NCBI GenBank assembly: GCA_045612825.1
Contig: JAZKZU010000029.1
Location: 1-29,094 of the forward strand
Direction: 5' to 3'
Length of the DNA: 29,094 nt
DNA from: Eubacteriales bacterium
GTDB taxonomy: Bacteria > Bacillota > Clostridia > Oscillospirales > UMGS1783
The notes below the pieces were generated by a model. That model had not been told where the DNA came from. It saw nothing but the letters and a program-made list of their open reading frames with translations, and searched no databases. This document shows, one piece after another, positions 8,840 to 17,666 of the stretch. The position numbers and the translations under genes were made by a program. The stretch's first letter is position 1. Every line of letters begins with the position of its first letter.

Positions 8840-9054
8840 TGCGTCAGATCCTCCTGCAACTTTTTTAATGTTTCTATACATACCATACCATATTCTTCAT
8901 TGCATTACAAGCCATTCTCTGTTAAAATATCAATAGGAACTATTCCGATTTTTCCCACACTTTCCACTGAGTTTTGCACAGAAAAGTGACAATTCTGTTA
9001 CCTTTTCCCCATTTTAAGGAATGTTTCTTGATTTTTAGACCGAGGAAAACCATC

Positions 9055-9852
9055 ATGCTTTATCTCTTTATCAGCACCGAAAGTGAGTCCAATCGCATAC
9101 AATTATTGCAAACGCTGGCCGATCCCGAGGGTGAGATCTGTCGGTATTTTTACACCGTTGCCGGCCCGTCCAAACTCCTCTCCCGCCACGCTTCCGCCCT
9201 CAACACCATTGCCGGCGGCAACCACGAACCCTGCCTGCTGATGCTTTTTGACCGCACAAGTCACACCATCTTCCCCCTGCGTGTCGGCTCTTTGGTCGGC
9301 ATCCACGGTCACAGGGACGGACAGGATCTTCCCATGCGCCAAATGGCCGCACAAATCAAAAAGGGGAAACTGGATCTGGCCGTTAAGGTTAAACTCGGCC
9401 ATCGGGTATGCACCCCCAACCCCCTCATTTTCCGCACCGCTCTCAAAACTACGCTGAAAACCGCCCTGCCCGACGAAGCGGGCGGCAGTTTTCTGATCCG
9501 TCACCATGCCGACCTTACTCCCTCTTTGCTGGCGGGCGATGTTTGGATAAAACTGGCCCACGATATGAACGCCCTTTCCTCTTTCCAGAACTCAACCCAT
9601 CGGGTATTTTTACATAGCGAGATCGTGGCTATCCCTGCCGCCGGCAAACGCTTACTGCAAGTGCAAGGGCATAATTACGATACGCAGTTGCGTACCGTTG
9701 CCGCCGTAACGGGACAGGTCATCACCCACATTCAATCAATGGCGCCCGATAGCGATTTCTCCTTTTTCGCCGAACTTCCGCCCGTGCCCAACGGGCAAAG
9801 CACCGCCATCATCGAAATGGACACCCGCCTGCCCCTCTGTCAAACCCAATAG
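9055..9852 (+). CDS. Hypothetical protein (no recognisable family)
   Basis: 265-aa ORF fills the gap between neighbouring genes; GAGGA RBS upstream of ATG 9055. Confidence 0.65.
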   Translation: MLYLFISTESESNRIQLLQTLADPEGEICRYFYTVAGPSKLLSRHASALNTIAGGNHEPCLLMLFDRTSHTIFPLRVGSLVGIHGHRDGQDLPMRQMAAQIKKGKLDLAVKVKLGHRVCTPNPLIFRTALKTTLKTALPDEAGGSFLIRHHADLTPSLLAGDVWIKLAHDMNALSSFQNSTHRVFLHSEIVAIPAAGKRLLQVQGHNYDTQLRTVAAVTGQVITHIQSMAPDSDFSFFAELPPVPNGQSTAIIEMDTRLPLCQTQ

Positions 9853-9858
9853 CTCTAC

Positions 9859-9887
9859 TTGACAGATTTTCCCTTTTGTGCTATATT
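9859..9887 (+). promoter_or_regulatory. sigmaA promoter for lipoprotein-PstS-like pair
   Basis: TTGACA (9859-9864), 17-nt spacer, TATATT with extended TG. Confidence 0.7.
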
Positions 9888-9916
9888 GGAATTATAAAGA
9901 CCAAAGGAGGAATACG

Positions 9917-11020
9917 ATGAAACGGTTAATTGTGGCCCTTCTTGCTGTGCTATTGCTTACATCCTGTGCCCCAAAACCCTTTTCAGTACCCGAAATCAAG
10001 GATATTGGGCCGTATGTCGATAATTCTGAGAGTTATTATCGATTTTATCCGGACTATGTGGATGCTTTTATTCCTTCCGATGCTTACGGCGAGGTTTATC
10101 CCTTTATTGGCAATTCGTTGGATTTCGGCTCTTATGCCGGTAACACTTATTTGTACGGGCTATGCACGGCTGACGGCGGCATTGTCTGTGATCCCGTCTA
10201 CCATTACTACGGATGCGTTACGCTGGGCGACTATCTGTTTTATATTATGGTTGAATCGGATATCTACCCCGACCCTGAAATCTCATACAACGGACTGGGA
10301 AAAGAAAACTATGTTCTGATCCGCAACGACGGACGGTTTTGCCGTGTTCTTGACGGCACGCCTGCCATCCGCGTAAACGGCGAATATCTGCAGTTAAATA
10401 TTTCTACCATGAATTTTGAATTTTTGGATAAGGAACTCCAAACTTATCACGGCTTTGTCTTGCCGCAATGGTCATCCCGCTATCCTTCGGGGAATTTTTA
10501 CGGCAAATGTCCCGGTTGCGGCAAAAATGCAACCGTTAAATCCAAGATTCGTACCGGGTTGGCGGACCACCCGTATGTGTTTGTTCATAATTCCCGCCTG
10601 CAAAACACAGCCTGCTTCTTTACGTTAGATGGCGAGCCGATCACCACCATCACCTTTCCCGATGGTGTTACCCTGTCACCGACGTTACTGACCGAATCGT
10701 ATATCTGCGGATGGTTCCACCCTACCGATCCCGATATGCCTTCTCAACCGTTCCTCTACCTGCGGCAAACCGATCAATATGCAAAACTTCCTGAAGATAC
10801 GAGCATTAACTGGCTTTATGATGACATCTTCACCTTATCCCGTTATGACGAGGAAGGCCTTAATGCCAAATACATCTATGATGCTTCGGAAGATACGACC
10901 ACCGAGTTTGATGATGTGGCGCTCTGCGGCGCAACTACCGTTGCTACGATAAAAGACGGCATCAGCAGCACCTTACACAAGGGAGAAGAAATGATTCGTA
11001 TTCGTCTGAATGTGGATTAA
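9917..11020 (+). CDS. Secreted lipoprotein, possibly WG-repeat-like beta protein
   Basis: AAGGAGG RBS; lipobox MKRLIVALLAVLLLTSC; YGLCTADGGIVCDPVY resembles a WG/KWG-type repeat. Confidence 0.72.
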   Translation: MKRLIVALLAVLLLTSCAPKPFSVPEIKDIGPYVDNSESYYRFYPDYVDAFIPSDAYGEVYPFIGNSLDFGSYAGNTYLYGLCTADGGIVCDPVYHYYGCVTLGDYLFYIMVESDIYPDPEISYNGLGKENYVLIRNDGRFCRVLDGTPAIRVNGEYLQLNISTMNFEFLDKELQTYHGFVLPQWSSRYPSGNFYGKCPGCGKNATVKSKIRTGLADHPYVFVHNSRLQNTACFFTLDGEPITTITFPDGVTLSPTLLTESYICGWFHPTDPDMPSQPFLYLRQTDQYAKLPEDTSINWLYDDIFTLSRYDEEGLNAKYIYDASEDTTTEFDDVALCGATTVATIKDGISSTLHKGEEMIRIRLNVD

Positions 11021-11034
11021 GAAAGGAGTTTCCC

Positions 11035-11907
11035 ATGAAAAAGATTACCGCTCTTACCCTCTGTCTGGTTCTTCTCGTATCTCTTGGCGCTTGCGCCAAA
11101 CCAAGCTTCACCGTTGAGACCTATCCCAAGATGGGCGGCTCCTTGGCGGCCTTGCCGCTGGGCGAGGCGCTTACCGCACACGCCCTTGATATCGACCGTG
11201 ATACCGCCTCCTCTCTGCTGACCTTTGAAGGCTCCACTACCGATAATTATAATGCCTTGGTGGACGAGACTTTTGATATTATTCTGGCCTACGAGCCGTC
11301 CGAACAAGCCAAAGCCTATGCCGAGGAAAAAGGGGTAACGTGGGAAATGGTTCCCATCGGCATTGATGCGTTGGTCTTCATCACCGGCAAGAATAATCCG
11401 ACCCAAGGGCTGACCAGCGAGCAAATCCCCGCCATCTATAACGGTGAGATCACCAACTGGTCACAAGTCGGCGGTCCCGACAAGAAGATTGCCGCCTATG
11501 TGCGCAATACCGACAGCGGCTCCCACACCCTCTTTGATCTCTTCTTTGATCTGAAAAATTATGATGCTATTAAAAAGGAATACATCGTTGGATCCATGAT
11601 CGGCCTGCTCGATGCTATTGCCACCTATCAAGGCACCGATGAAGCGCTGGGTTACACCGTCTATTACTACCTGACGAATATGGAAGCCTCCACCTTGGAA
11701 ACCAGCAAGCTACTGGCGGTTGACGGGGTAATGCCCTCCAATGATACCATAGCTTCGGGTGAGTATCCCCTCTCCAATGCCTTCTATGCCGTGATTCGAT
11801 CCGATACCCCGAGAAATTCCCGCACACGCATCCTATATGATTGGATCGCTTCTGCACAAGGGCGGGAGATCGCCGAAAAAGAAAACTATGTTGTGCCTAA
11901 CCAATAA
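11035..11907 (+). CDS. PstS-family (PBP-like) phosphate-binding lipoprotein
   Basis: Lipobox LVSLGAC; GGS, GST, PIGIDALVFI, LTSEQIPAIYNGEITNWSQVGG, RNTDSGSHT, SGEYPLS. Confidence 0.85.
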   Translation: MKKITALTLCLVLLVSLGACAKPSFTVETYPKMGGSLAALPLGEALTAHALDIDRDTASSLLTFEGSTTDNYNALVDETFDIILAYEPSEQAKAYAEEKGVTWEMVPIGIDALVFITGKNNPTQGLTSEQIPAIYNGEITNWSQVGGPDKKIAAYVRNTDSGSHTLFDLFFDLKNYDAIKKEYIVGSMIGLLDAIATYQGTDEALGYTVYYYLTNMEASTLETSKLLAVDGVMPSNDTIASGEYPLSNAFYAVIRSDTPRNSRTRILYDWIASAQGREIAEKENYVVPNQ

Positions 11908-13195
11908 AAGAACCCGCATCCGTTTGGATGCGGGTTTTCTTTATCTGCCCAAGCCGTTTTATCTTTTTCAATAAGGTATAAATCGGATAGAATCGGCCGA
12001 TCGGCAATTCAAATTGCCCTACATATTCGGTCACGTTCCCCTTAAAGCCTTTCTTGAATTCAAAAACGCCGTAGAGCGGGTTTTCGGGACGAAAGTCACC
12101 GGTAATACCGTAGAAATTACAGTAATCAAACCCCTCTTTATAGGCTTCCTGAATATGATGCTCATACATTAAATATTTCGGGTTAAAACTGCGATAGTCC
12201 TGCAGGACACCGCTTAGGAAGGTCAGGTATTCTCGCCCGCTTCTCAGCGACAGCAGGCATCCCACATTCTTCCCGTTGGGATACTCCCGAGCAAATGCTT
12301 CTGCCTTTTCTACCTCATATCGATATTTTTCGATCTGTTCGGTTGCCTCTTTGAGCATACGCTCTAACTTATCGGTCTGCCCATGTTTTTCTATCTTTTC
12401 CTGTGTTGCCGTGTGATTCTTTTGGGCATCATCCAGCAACTGTTTGGCATGGGAGAGATAGGCGGATGGCTCCAGATAGGCAATGTAGATGGTCATGAGA
12501 TCGCTCATGTGCCGATACATGCGCTGATAATAGTCCAGCCCCCGACACAGGAAGTCACGCCGACGGGCGGTATCATCGAAAATCTCGGCCATCACGGCCA
12601 CGTCTTCCATCGTGCCCTCCCGCACCATCAATCCCTTTTTGATACAGGTATTGATATTCTTGCGGGTCTGCTTGGAAAAGGCCGCCTTTTTCTCCTCATA
12701 CGGAGCATCGAGCGGCAGGCGGCAGCACCAGCGCACCTGCATGGCATCCAGATAAGTGTTAAAGCCGTGATGCACAAAGCCCAGTTCCTGCAGGTTTTGC
12801 ACCGTTTGATCGTCGGTCGGCTCATCAGCAATGATCTCACCCTCCGAGGTGCGTACCCGATATACCACATTGGGATCGATAATCAACATCAGGCCGCCCT
12901 GCTTGCGGATATACCGCTTCAGGTTTTCCACAAAAAAGGCAAGCAATTGCTTATCGTGATAATCCACCAGCAAGCCACGAGGCGCATAAAAGCGGCGCAA
13001 CCCCATCTGGATGCGTTCTTCCTGTATCATAGCGCCCGCCACGACCTGCTCGCCCTGCTTAACGCCTACAAAATGGATACGGCTTCCCGTTTCCTCTTTC
13101 ATCTGCGCCATCTGCACCGACTGCATAAAGGATGCCTGCGGGCACGCATTATAAAAGGTGCGATATTCTTCTTTTGTTAATCGACAAAATTCCAT
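11897..13195 (-). CDS. FemABX/MurM-family peptidoglycan cross-bridge aminoacyl transferase
   Basis: SFMQS, FYAPRGLLVDYHD, central coiled-coil insertion, YCNFYGITG, GVFEFKKGF.G.V.EYVGQF. The C-terminus runs through the terminator (see findings). Confidence 0.9.
   Translation of the reverse strand: MEFCRLTKEEYRTFYNACPQASFMQSVQMAQMKEETGSRIHFVGVKQGEQVVAGAMIQEERIQMGLRRFYAPRGLLVDYHDKQLLAFFVENLKRYIRKQGGLMLIIDPNVVYRVRTSEGEIIADEPTDDQTVQNLQELGFVHHGFNTYLDAMQVRWCCRLPLDAPYEEKKAAFSKQTRKNINTCIKKGLMVREGTMEDVAVMAEIFDDTARRRDFLCRGLDYYQRMYRHMSDLMTIYIAYLEPSAYLSHAKQLLDDAQKNHTATQEKIEKHGQTDKLERMLKEATEQIEKYRYEVEKAEAFAREYPNGKNVGCLLSLRSGREYLTFLSGVLQDYRSFNPKYLMYEHHIQEAYKEGFDYCNFYGITGDFRPENPLYGVFEFKKGFKGNVTEYVGQFELPIGRFYPIYTLLKKIKRLGQIKKTRIQTDAGSFIG
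11906..11943. terminator. Bidirectional intrinsic terminator
   Basis: AACCCGCATCC-gttt-GGATGCGGGTT flanked by A and T tracts, between convergent genes. Confidence 0.82.
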
Positions 13196-13219
13196 GCTAT
13201 CCTCTTTATATCGATTCCG

Positions 13220-14020
13220 TTACGGACGAAGACCCAAGCCACCCTCAAAGGCCAGGGTTTCACCCGTCATATACTTAAAGTCGGGATGCGCTAAGCTGAC
13301 GCAGGCACGGCCGATATCGGTTTCGGGATCACCGAAATAGCCCATCGGCGGGGTGTGCACGTTCTTATCAAAGGCTTCGGGATAAGCGTTCTTGAAGTTC
13401 TCCAGCTGTGCCGTCCAGGCCAGCGGGCAAATCACATTAACATTGATACCGTCCTTGCTCCATTCGGAAGCGGCGACACGGGTCATGCCACGGATGCCCT
13501 CCTTTGCAGCAGCATAGGAGCACTGGCCGTAGTTGCCGAACAGGCCTGCGCCCGAGGCGAAGTTAATCACCGTACCCTTGCTCTCCTTTAAGTAGGGATA
13601 GCAAGCCTGCATATAATGGAAGGTGGCATACAGGCCCGAATAGATGGCCAGATCAAACTGCTCCACCGTCTGGTCAGCAATGGTCACGCCCGAAGCCGAG
13701 GCCTGCGCATTGTTGATCAGCACATCCACACCGCCGAAAGCTTCTACCGTTTTTGCCACTACATCGGCGGCAATGGCCGCATTGTCGGCACCGGCAGAGA
13801 TATCGGCCTGCACCGGCAATACCTTCACTCCGTACAAACGCTCCAGTTCTTCCTTGGCTTCCTCTAACTTCTTAACGTTACGGCCGGTAATGACGATGTT
13901 TGCGCCCTCTTTGGCATAGGCCGTTGCAATGCCGTAACCGATACTGCCCGCTTTGCCGTTGGCCAGCACGGCACGGCCGCCACCGGTAATGATAACCGTC
14001 TTTCCGCTTAAAAATCCCAT
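13220..14020 (-). CDS. SDR oxidoreductase, probable NADP-dependent 12alpha-hydroxysteroid dehydrogenase
   Basis: TGGG-[insert RAVLANGKAGS]-IGYG Rossmann loop, TGRN, NNAQ, catalytic S (FAS) and YAAAK, C-terminal EGGLGLRP. Closely resembles clostridial 12alpha-HSDH sequences as recalled (not searched). Confidence 0.8.
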   Translation of the reverse strand: MGFLSGKTVIITGGGRAVLANGKAGSIGYGIATAYAKEGANIVITGRNVKKLEEAKEELERLYGVKVLPVQADISAGADNAAIAADVVAKTVEAFGGVDVLINNAQASASGVTIADQTVEQFDLAIYSGLYATFHYMQACYPYLKESKGTVINFASGAGLFGNYGQCSYAAAKEGIRGMTRVAASEWSKDGINVNVICPLAWTAQLENFKNAYPEAFDKNVHTPPMGYFGDPETDIGRACVSLAHPDFKYMTGETLAFEGGLGLRP

Positions 14021-14035
14021 CTTGCTTTCTCCTTT

Positions 14036-15058
14036 TTATAATAATTTTGCTAATTCATCGATATCCGATTCGAGGGTGGCCCAGCTGGTGGCAAAGCGCA
14101 CAACCGAGTGGGTTTCTCCCCGTTTTTCCCAAAAACTAAAGCGTACAAAGGGGCGTAATTGCTCCATTTTTTCATTTTCCAGCACCACAAACAGTTGATT
14201 TGTGGGCGAATTCAGATGAAATTCGTACCCTTTTTGCTCAAAAATGCCCCGTAATTTGATTGCCATGGCGATGGCGTGAGCCCCTAACTTCTCATACAGC
14301 CCATCGGTAAACAGCGCATCAAACTGGATGCCCAGCAGACGACCCTTGGCCAACAACCCCCCTTGCTGCTTGACTCTCGCCAAAAAGTGAGAAGGAGTAT
14401 TATTTTTGGTAAAGACCAGCGCCTCGCCGCACAGGGCGCCCACCTTGGTGCCGCCGATGTAAAACACGTCGCAAAGCTCGGCAATTTCGGGCAGGGTCAG
14501 GTCGGAGTCGGGGCAGGCAAGGGCGTAGCCCAGCCGCGCGCCGTCCATATACAGGGGCATATCGTATTCCCGACAGACCTCGGCCAGCGCCGTCAACTCC
14601 GCTTTGGAATAGAGGGTGCCGTACTCGGTGGGATGGGATATGTATACCATGCCGGGGAAGGGGCAATGGTCGTGATGATCGTCGGCATAAAAGTCGACCA
14701 GCATTCGTTTCAGGATTTCGGCCTGCAGTTTTCCGTCCACATGGGGCAACAACTGCACCTTGCGGCCGGCGCTTTCGATGGCCGCCGCCTCATGCACATT
14801 GATATGACCCGTATCGGCCGCTACTACCGATTGGTACGCATCGATCATATTCGATATGACAATGCGGTTGGTTTGCGTGCCGCCCGACAGGAACCACACG
14901 TCCACGTCTTTTTGGCAGGCGGCGGCGATTTTTTCTTTGGCCGAGTCGCAATACTCGTCAAACCCATAGCCGACCTGCTTATCAAAATTAGTTTGCACCA
15001 GCCGCTCCAGGATGCGGGGATGGCAACCTTCCGAATAATCGTTTTCAAATACCAGCAT
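14036..15058 (-). CDS. ltaE: Low-specificity L-threonine aldolase
   Basis: FENDYSEGCHP, GYGFDEYC, FLSGGTQTN, HINVHEAAAIE, TEYGTLY, MDGARLGY, IGGTK (PLP lysine), RFATSW. AAGGAG RBS places the start at 15058. Confidence 0.92.
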   Translation of the reverse strand: MLVFENDYSEGCHPRILERLVQTNFDKQVGYGFDEYCDSAKEKIAAACQKDVDVWFLSGGTQTNRIVISNMIDAYQSVVAADTGHINVHEAAAIESAGRKVQLLPHVDGKLQAEILKRMLVDFYADDHHDHCPFPGMVYISHPTEYGTLYSKAELTALAEVCREYDMPLYMDGARLGYALACPDSDLTLPEIAELCDVFYIGGTKVGALCGEALVFTKNNTPSHFLARVKQQGGLLAKGRLLGIQFDALFTDGLYEKLGAHAIAMAIKLRGIFEQKGYEFHLNSPTNQLFVVLENEKMEQLRPFVRFSFWEKRGETHSVVRFATSWATLESDIDELAKLL

Positions 15059-16217
15059 AGTTGTTCTCCTTGTCACGATAAAATGCCGTCAGTGCCTTGA
15101 CCATCTGCTCGGTGGCCTGTGCGCCCGAGGTTTCCAGACAGGAGTGCATGGCCAACTGGGGGCAACCGATATCCACCATCGGCACCGATACCTGATTGGA
15201 CAGGATCGCGCCTAAGGTTGAGCCGCCCGCCTGATCGGGGCGGTTATAATAATGCTGAACGGGCACGCCCGCTTTGTTGCAAATCTCCTCGAAGATAGCC
15301 GAGGTGACGCCTTCGGTGGTATACTTGCGGTTGGCGTTATGTTTGATGACCACGCCGCCGTTGAGGGTAACGGGACGGCCATCGTCCACCTTTTCCTTAT
15401 GATTGGGGTGGGTGGCATGGGCATTATCGCAACTGACCAGAAAACTCTTGGCCAATTTACGAAAGCGGTCGCCCAGACGATCCAGTACGCTTGCCAGAAA
15501 GTCGGAAGCGGCGCCCTGCCGTGTCATGCTTCCTACCTCTTCGTTATCAAACAGGGCATAGACATTGCCCGCATGAGGCTCGGCCAAAAAGGCGGTAAGG
15601 GAAGCGAAGGCGCACTGCAGATCATCGAGTCTGGGCGCAGTGATCATATCCCCGATCACCTGCCCGTCCTGCGGGTTATACAAAATCAAATCGACATCGA
15701 CCACATCGCCCTCGATGCGCTCGGCAAGCGAAGCGCCCAGCGGCTGCAGATCGACAGACGGATTGATCTTTTCCCCCTCATTCACGCCACGATCCAGATG
15801 GATGGCCACATGAGGGATGACGGCTACCGACTCCTGCAGATCAACCAGACGGGTTTCCAATCCCTGCTCGGTGCGCAGGGTAACCTGACCGGCGCAAGAC
15901 AGGGGGCGATCCATCCAACTGTTCATGATCATCCCTCCGTACACCTCGACGGCCAAATTCTCTTTGTGCCATTTGACGGCTAAGGCCGGACTATCACCAT
16001 GCGATGCGGTAATCCGATACCCGTCGCCCCCTGCCACAAAGGCAATCAGCGCCGAACCGCCACGCATGACAAAATACCGCCCGCCTTGTTCTATCTTCCA
16101 TTCCTCAGCCTCATGCAGTTGGGCAAACCCTGCCGCAAGCAACGCTTTACGGGCAAAGGCGGCCGCATGATAGGCAGTGGGGCAAGCCTTAATATAGGAA
16201 AATAACTCTTGATTCAT
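15045..16217 (-). CDS. apeB: M18 family (aspartyl) aminopeptidase
   Basis: Metal/catalytic motifs SHGDSP, RLDD, DNEEVGS, SCDNAHATHPN, GGSTLG, LAMHS. Start at ATG 16217 or 16220. Confidence 0.9.
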   Translation of the reverse strand: MNQELFSYIKACPTAYHAAAFARKALLAAGFAQLHEAEEWKIEQGGRYFVMRGGSALIAFVAGGDGYRITASHGDSPALAVKWHKENLAVEVYGGMIMNSWMDRPLSCAGQVTLRTEQGLETRLVDLQESVAVIPHVAIHLDRGVNEGEKINPSVDLQPLGASLAERIEGDVVDVDLILYNPQDGQVIGDMITAPRLDDLQCAFASLTAFLAEPHAGNVYALFDNEEVGSMTRQGAASDFLASVLDRLGDRFRKLAKSFLVSCDNAHATHPNHKEKVDDGRPVTLNGGVVIKHNANRKYTTEGVTSAIFEEICNKAGVPVQHYYNRPDQAGGSTLGAILSNQVSVPMVDIGCPQLAMHSCLETSGAQATEQMVKALTAFYRDKENNYAGI

Positions 16218-16244
16218 CATAACTCCAAAACAGTAATTATTATC

Positions 16245-16277
16245 AAAAATCCCCAAAAGCCATACTTTCGGGGATTT
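16245..16277 (-). terminator. Terminator after CofE-like gene
   Basis: Minus strand AAATCCCCGAAAG-tatgg-CTTTTGGGGATTTT (one G-U pair) followed by a T-tract. Confidence 0.6.
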
Positions 16278-16285
16278 GATAGGGT

Positions 16286-17485
16286 TTAGTTGGTATAGTT
16301 GTCGAAATAGCCTTGTACGAGGACAACGGGAGTACCCTTATCGCCCGAACCGCTGGTGAGGTCGCACAGAGAACCGATCAGATCGGTCAGCTGACGGGGG
16401 GTGGTACCCTGCGCCGCCATGTTGCCTTTGAGGTTGCCGTCCTTAGCCTTGATGGATTCGGAAATGGCTTTTTTAAGTTCCTCGCCCGACAGATCCTTGA
16501 AATCGTTATCGGCCAAGTACTTGAGTTTCAACTCGTTGGGTGTACCGATCAGGCCATCGGTAAAGGCGGCAGAAACGACCGGATCGGCCAATTCCCAAAT
16601 CTTACCCTGCGGATCTTTGAAGGCGCCGTCGCCATACACCATGACTTCGACGTGCTTGCCGGTGGCGTCGTAAATCTTCTTCTGAATGTCGAGCACCAGA
16701 CCCTTACACTCACGGGGGAAGAGTTTCACCTTATCTTCGGTGGATTTATTCGAGCCGAGCAGACCGTATTTCTCGTTGCAACCCGAACCGTTGACGGGAG
16801 CATTGAGAATTTCATCCAGACCGTAAACGACCTTGGCGCCGGCTTCCTTGAGCAGACGCTTGGTGCGGACACGGGTATGGATATCGCAGGTGAGCACGGT
16901 ATCGGTATAATCGAGGATGGCCTTAGGCTGGTTGGCAAAGATGATCTCTACCTCGGCGCCCATTTCCCGAATGAGGTTGCCGTAGTACTCGACATAATCC
17001 ACGCCGGTGAACTCCAGTTTCTGCACGCCGAAAACTTCACGGTAGCGCTCGAGCGAGAGGACATCGGTATAGGGATTGATACCGGCAGCATCGATCAGAT
17101 CATAGGTGGCCAGCGAGTTGCCCACTTCATCGGACGGGTAGCTCAGTTGCAACACGATCTTGGATGCGCCCTTAGCAATACCGCGCAGACAGATGGCAAA
17201 ACGGTTGCGGGACAAAATGGGGAACAGCACACCAACGGTGCCTCCGCCGAGTTTGTTTTTCACATCGGTAGCAATATCGTCCACGCCGGCATAGTTGCCC
17301 TGCGCACGGGCGACGATGGATTCGGTAATGGAGATGACATCACGGTCACGCATAGCGAAGCCTTCGCTCTCGGCGGCGGCCAACACGCTATCGGCCACGA
17401 TAGCCGCCAGATCGTCACCCTCACGGATGATCGGGCAGCGGATGCCACGGGACACGGTGCCTACTCTTCTCATTTTTTCTTCCAT
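16286..17485 (-). CDS. F420-0:gamma-glutamyl ligase (CofE)-like family protein, clostridial type
   Basis: GIRCPIIREGDDLA..IV, DRDVISITESIVARAQG, VMVYGDGAFKD, DLIGSLCDLTSGSGDKGTPVVLVQGYF; GAGGG RBS. Confidence 0.8.
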   Translation of the reverse strand: MEEKMRRVGTVSRGIRCPIIREGDDLAAIVADSVLAAAESEGFAMRDRDVISITESIVARAQGNYAGVDDIATDVKNKLGGGTVGVLFPILSRNRFAICLRGIAKGASKIVLQLSYPSDEVGNSLATYDLIDAAGINPYTDVLSLERYREVFGVQKLEFTGVDYVEYYGNLIREMGAEVEIIFANQPKAILDYTDTVLTCDIHTRVRTKRLLKEAGAKVVYGLDEILNAPVNGSGCNEKYGLLGSNKSTEDKVKLFPRECKGLVLDIQKKIYDATGKHVEVMVYGDGAFKDPQGKIWELADPVVSAAFTDGLIGTPNELKLKYLADNDFKDLSGEELKKAISESIKAKDGNLKGNMAAQGTTPRQLTDLIGSLCDLTSGSGDKGTPVVLVQGYFDNYTN

Positions 17486-17534
17486 ACAGATCCCTCGATT
17501 TCTTTGGAATATATGTGTTATCTAAGAACACTTT

Positions 17535-17563
17535 ATTATACATCATAGTCTTTCCCGTTGCAA
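17535..17563 (-). promoter_or_regulatory. sigmaA promoter for CofE-like gene
   Basis: Minus strand TTGCAA, 17-nt spacer, TATAAT. Confidence 0.65.
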
Positions 17564-17666
17564 CCTTTTCTTGCAAGCTTGATTAAATTTTTTCCAATCG
17601 TTCATAATCTGTTGATTTACTCAACCCTTTTCTTATATTATAATAGTAGCAGAAAGGATGAATGGT

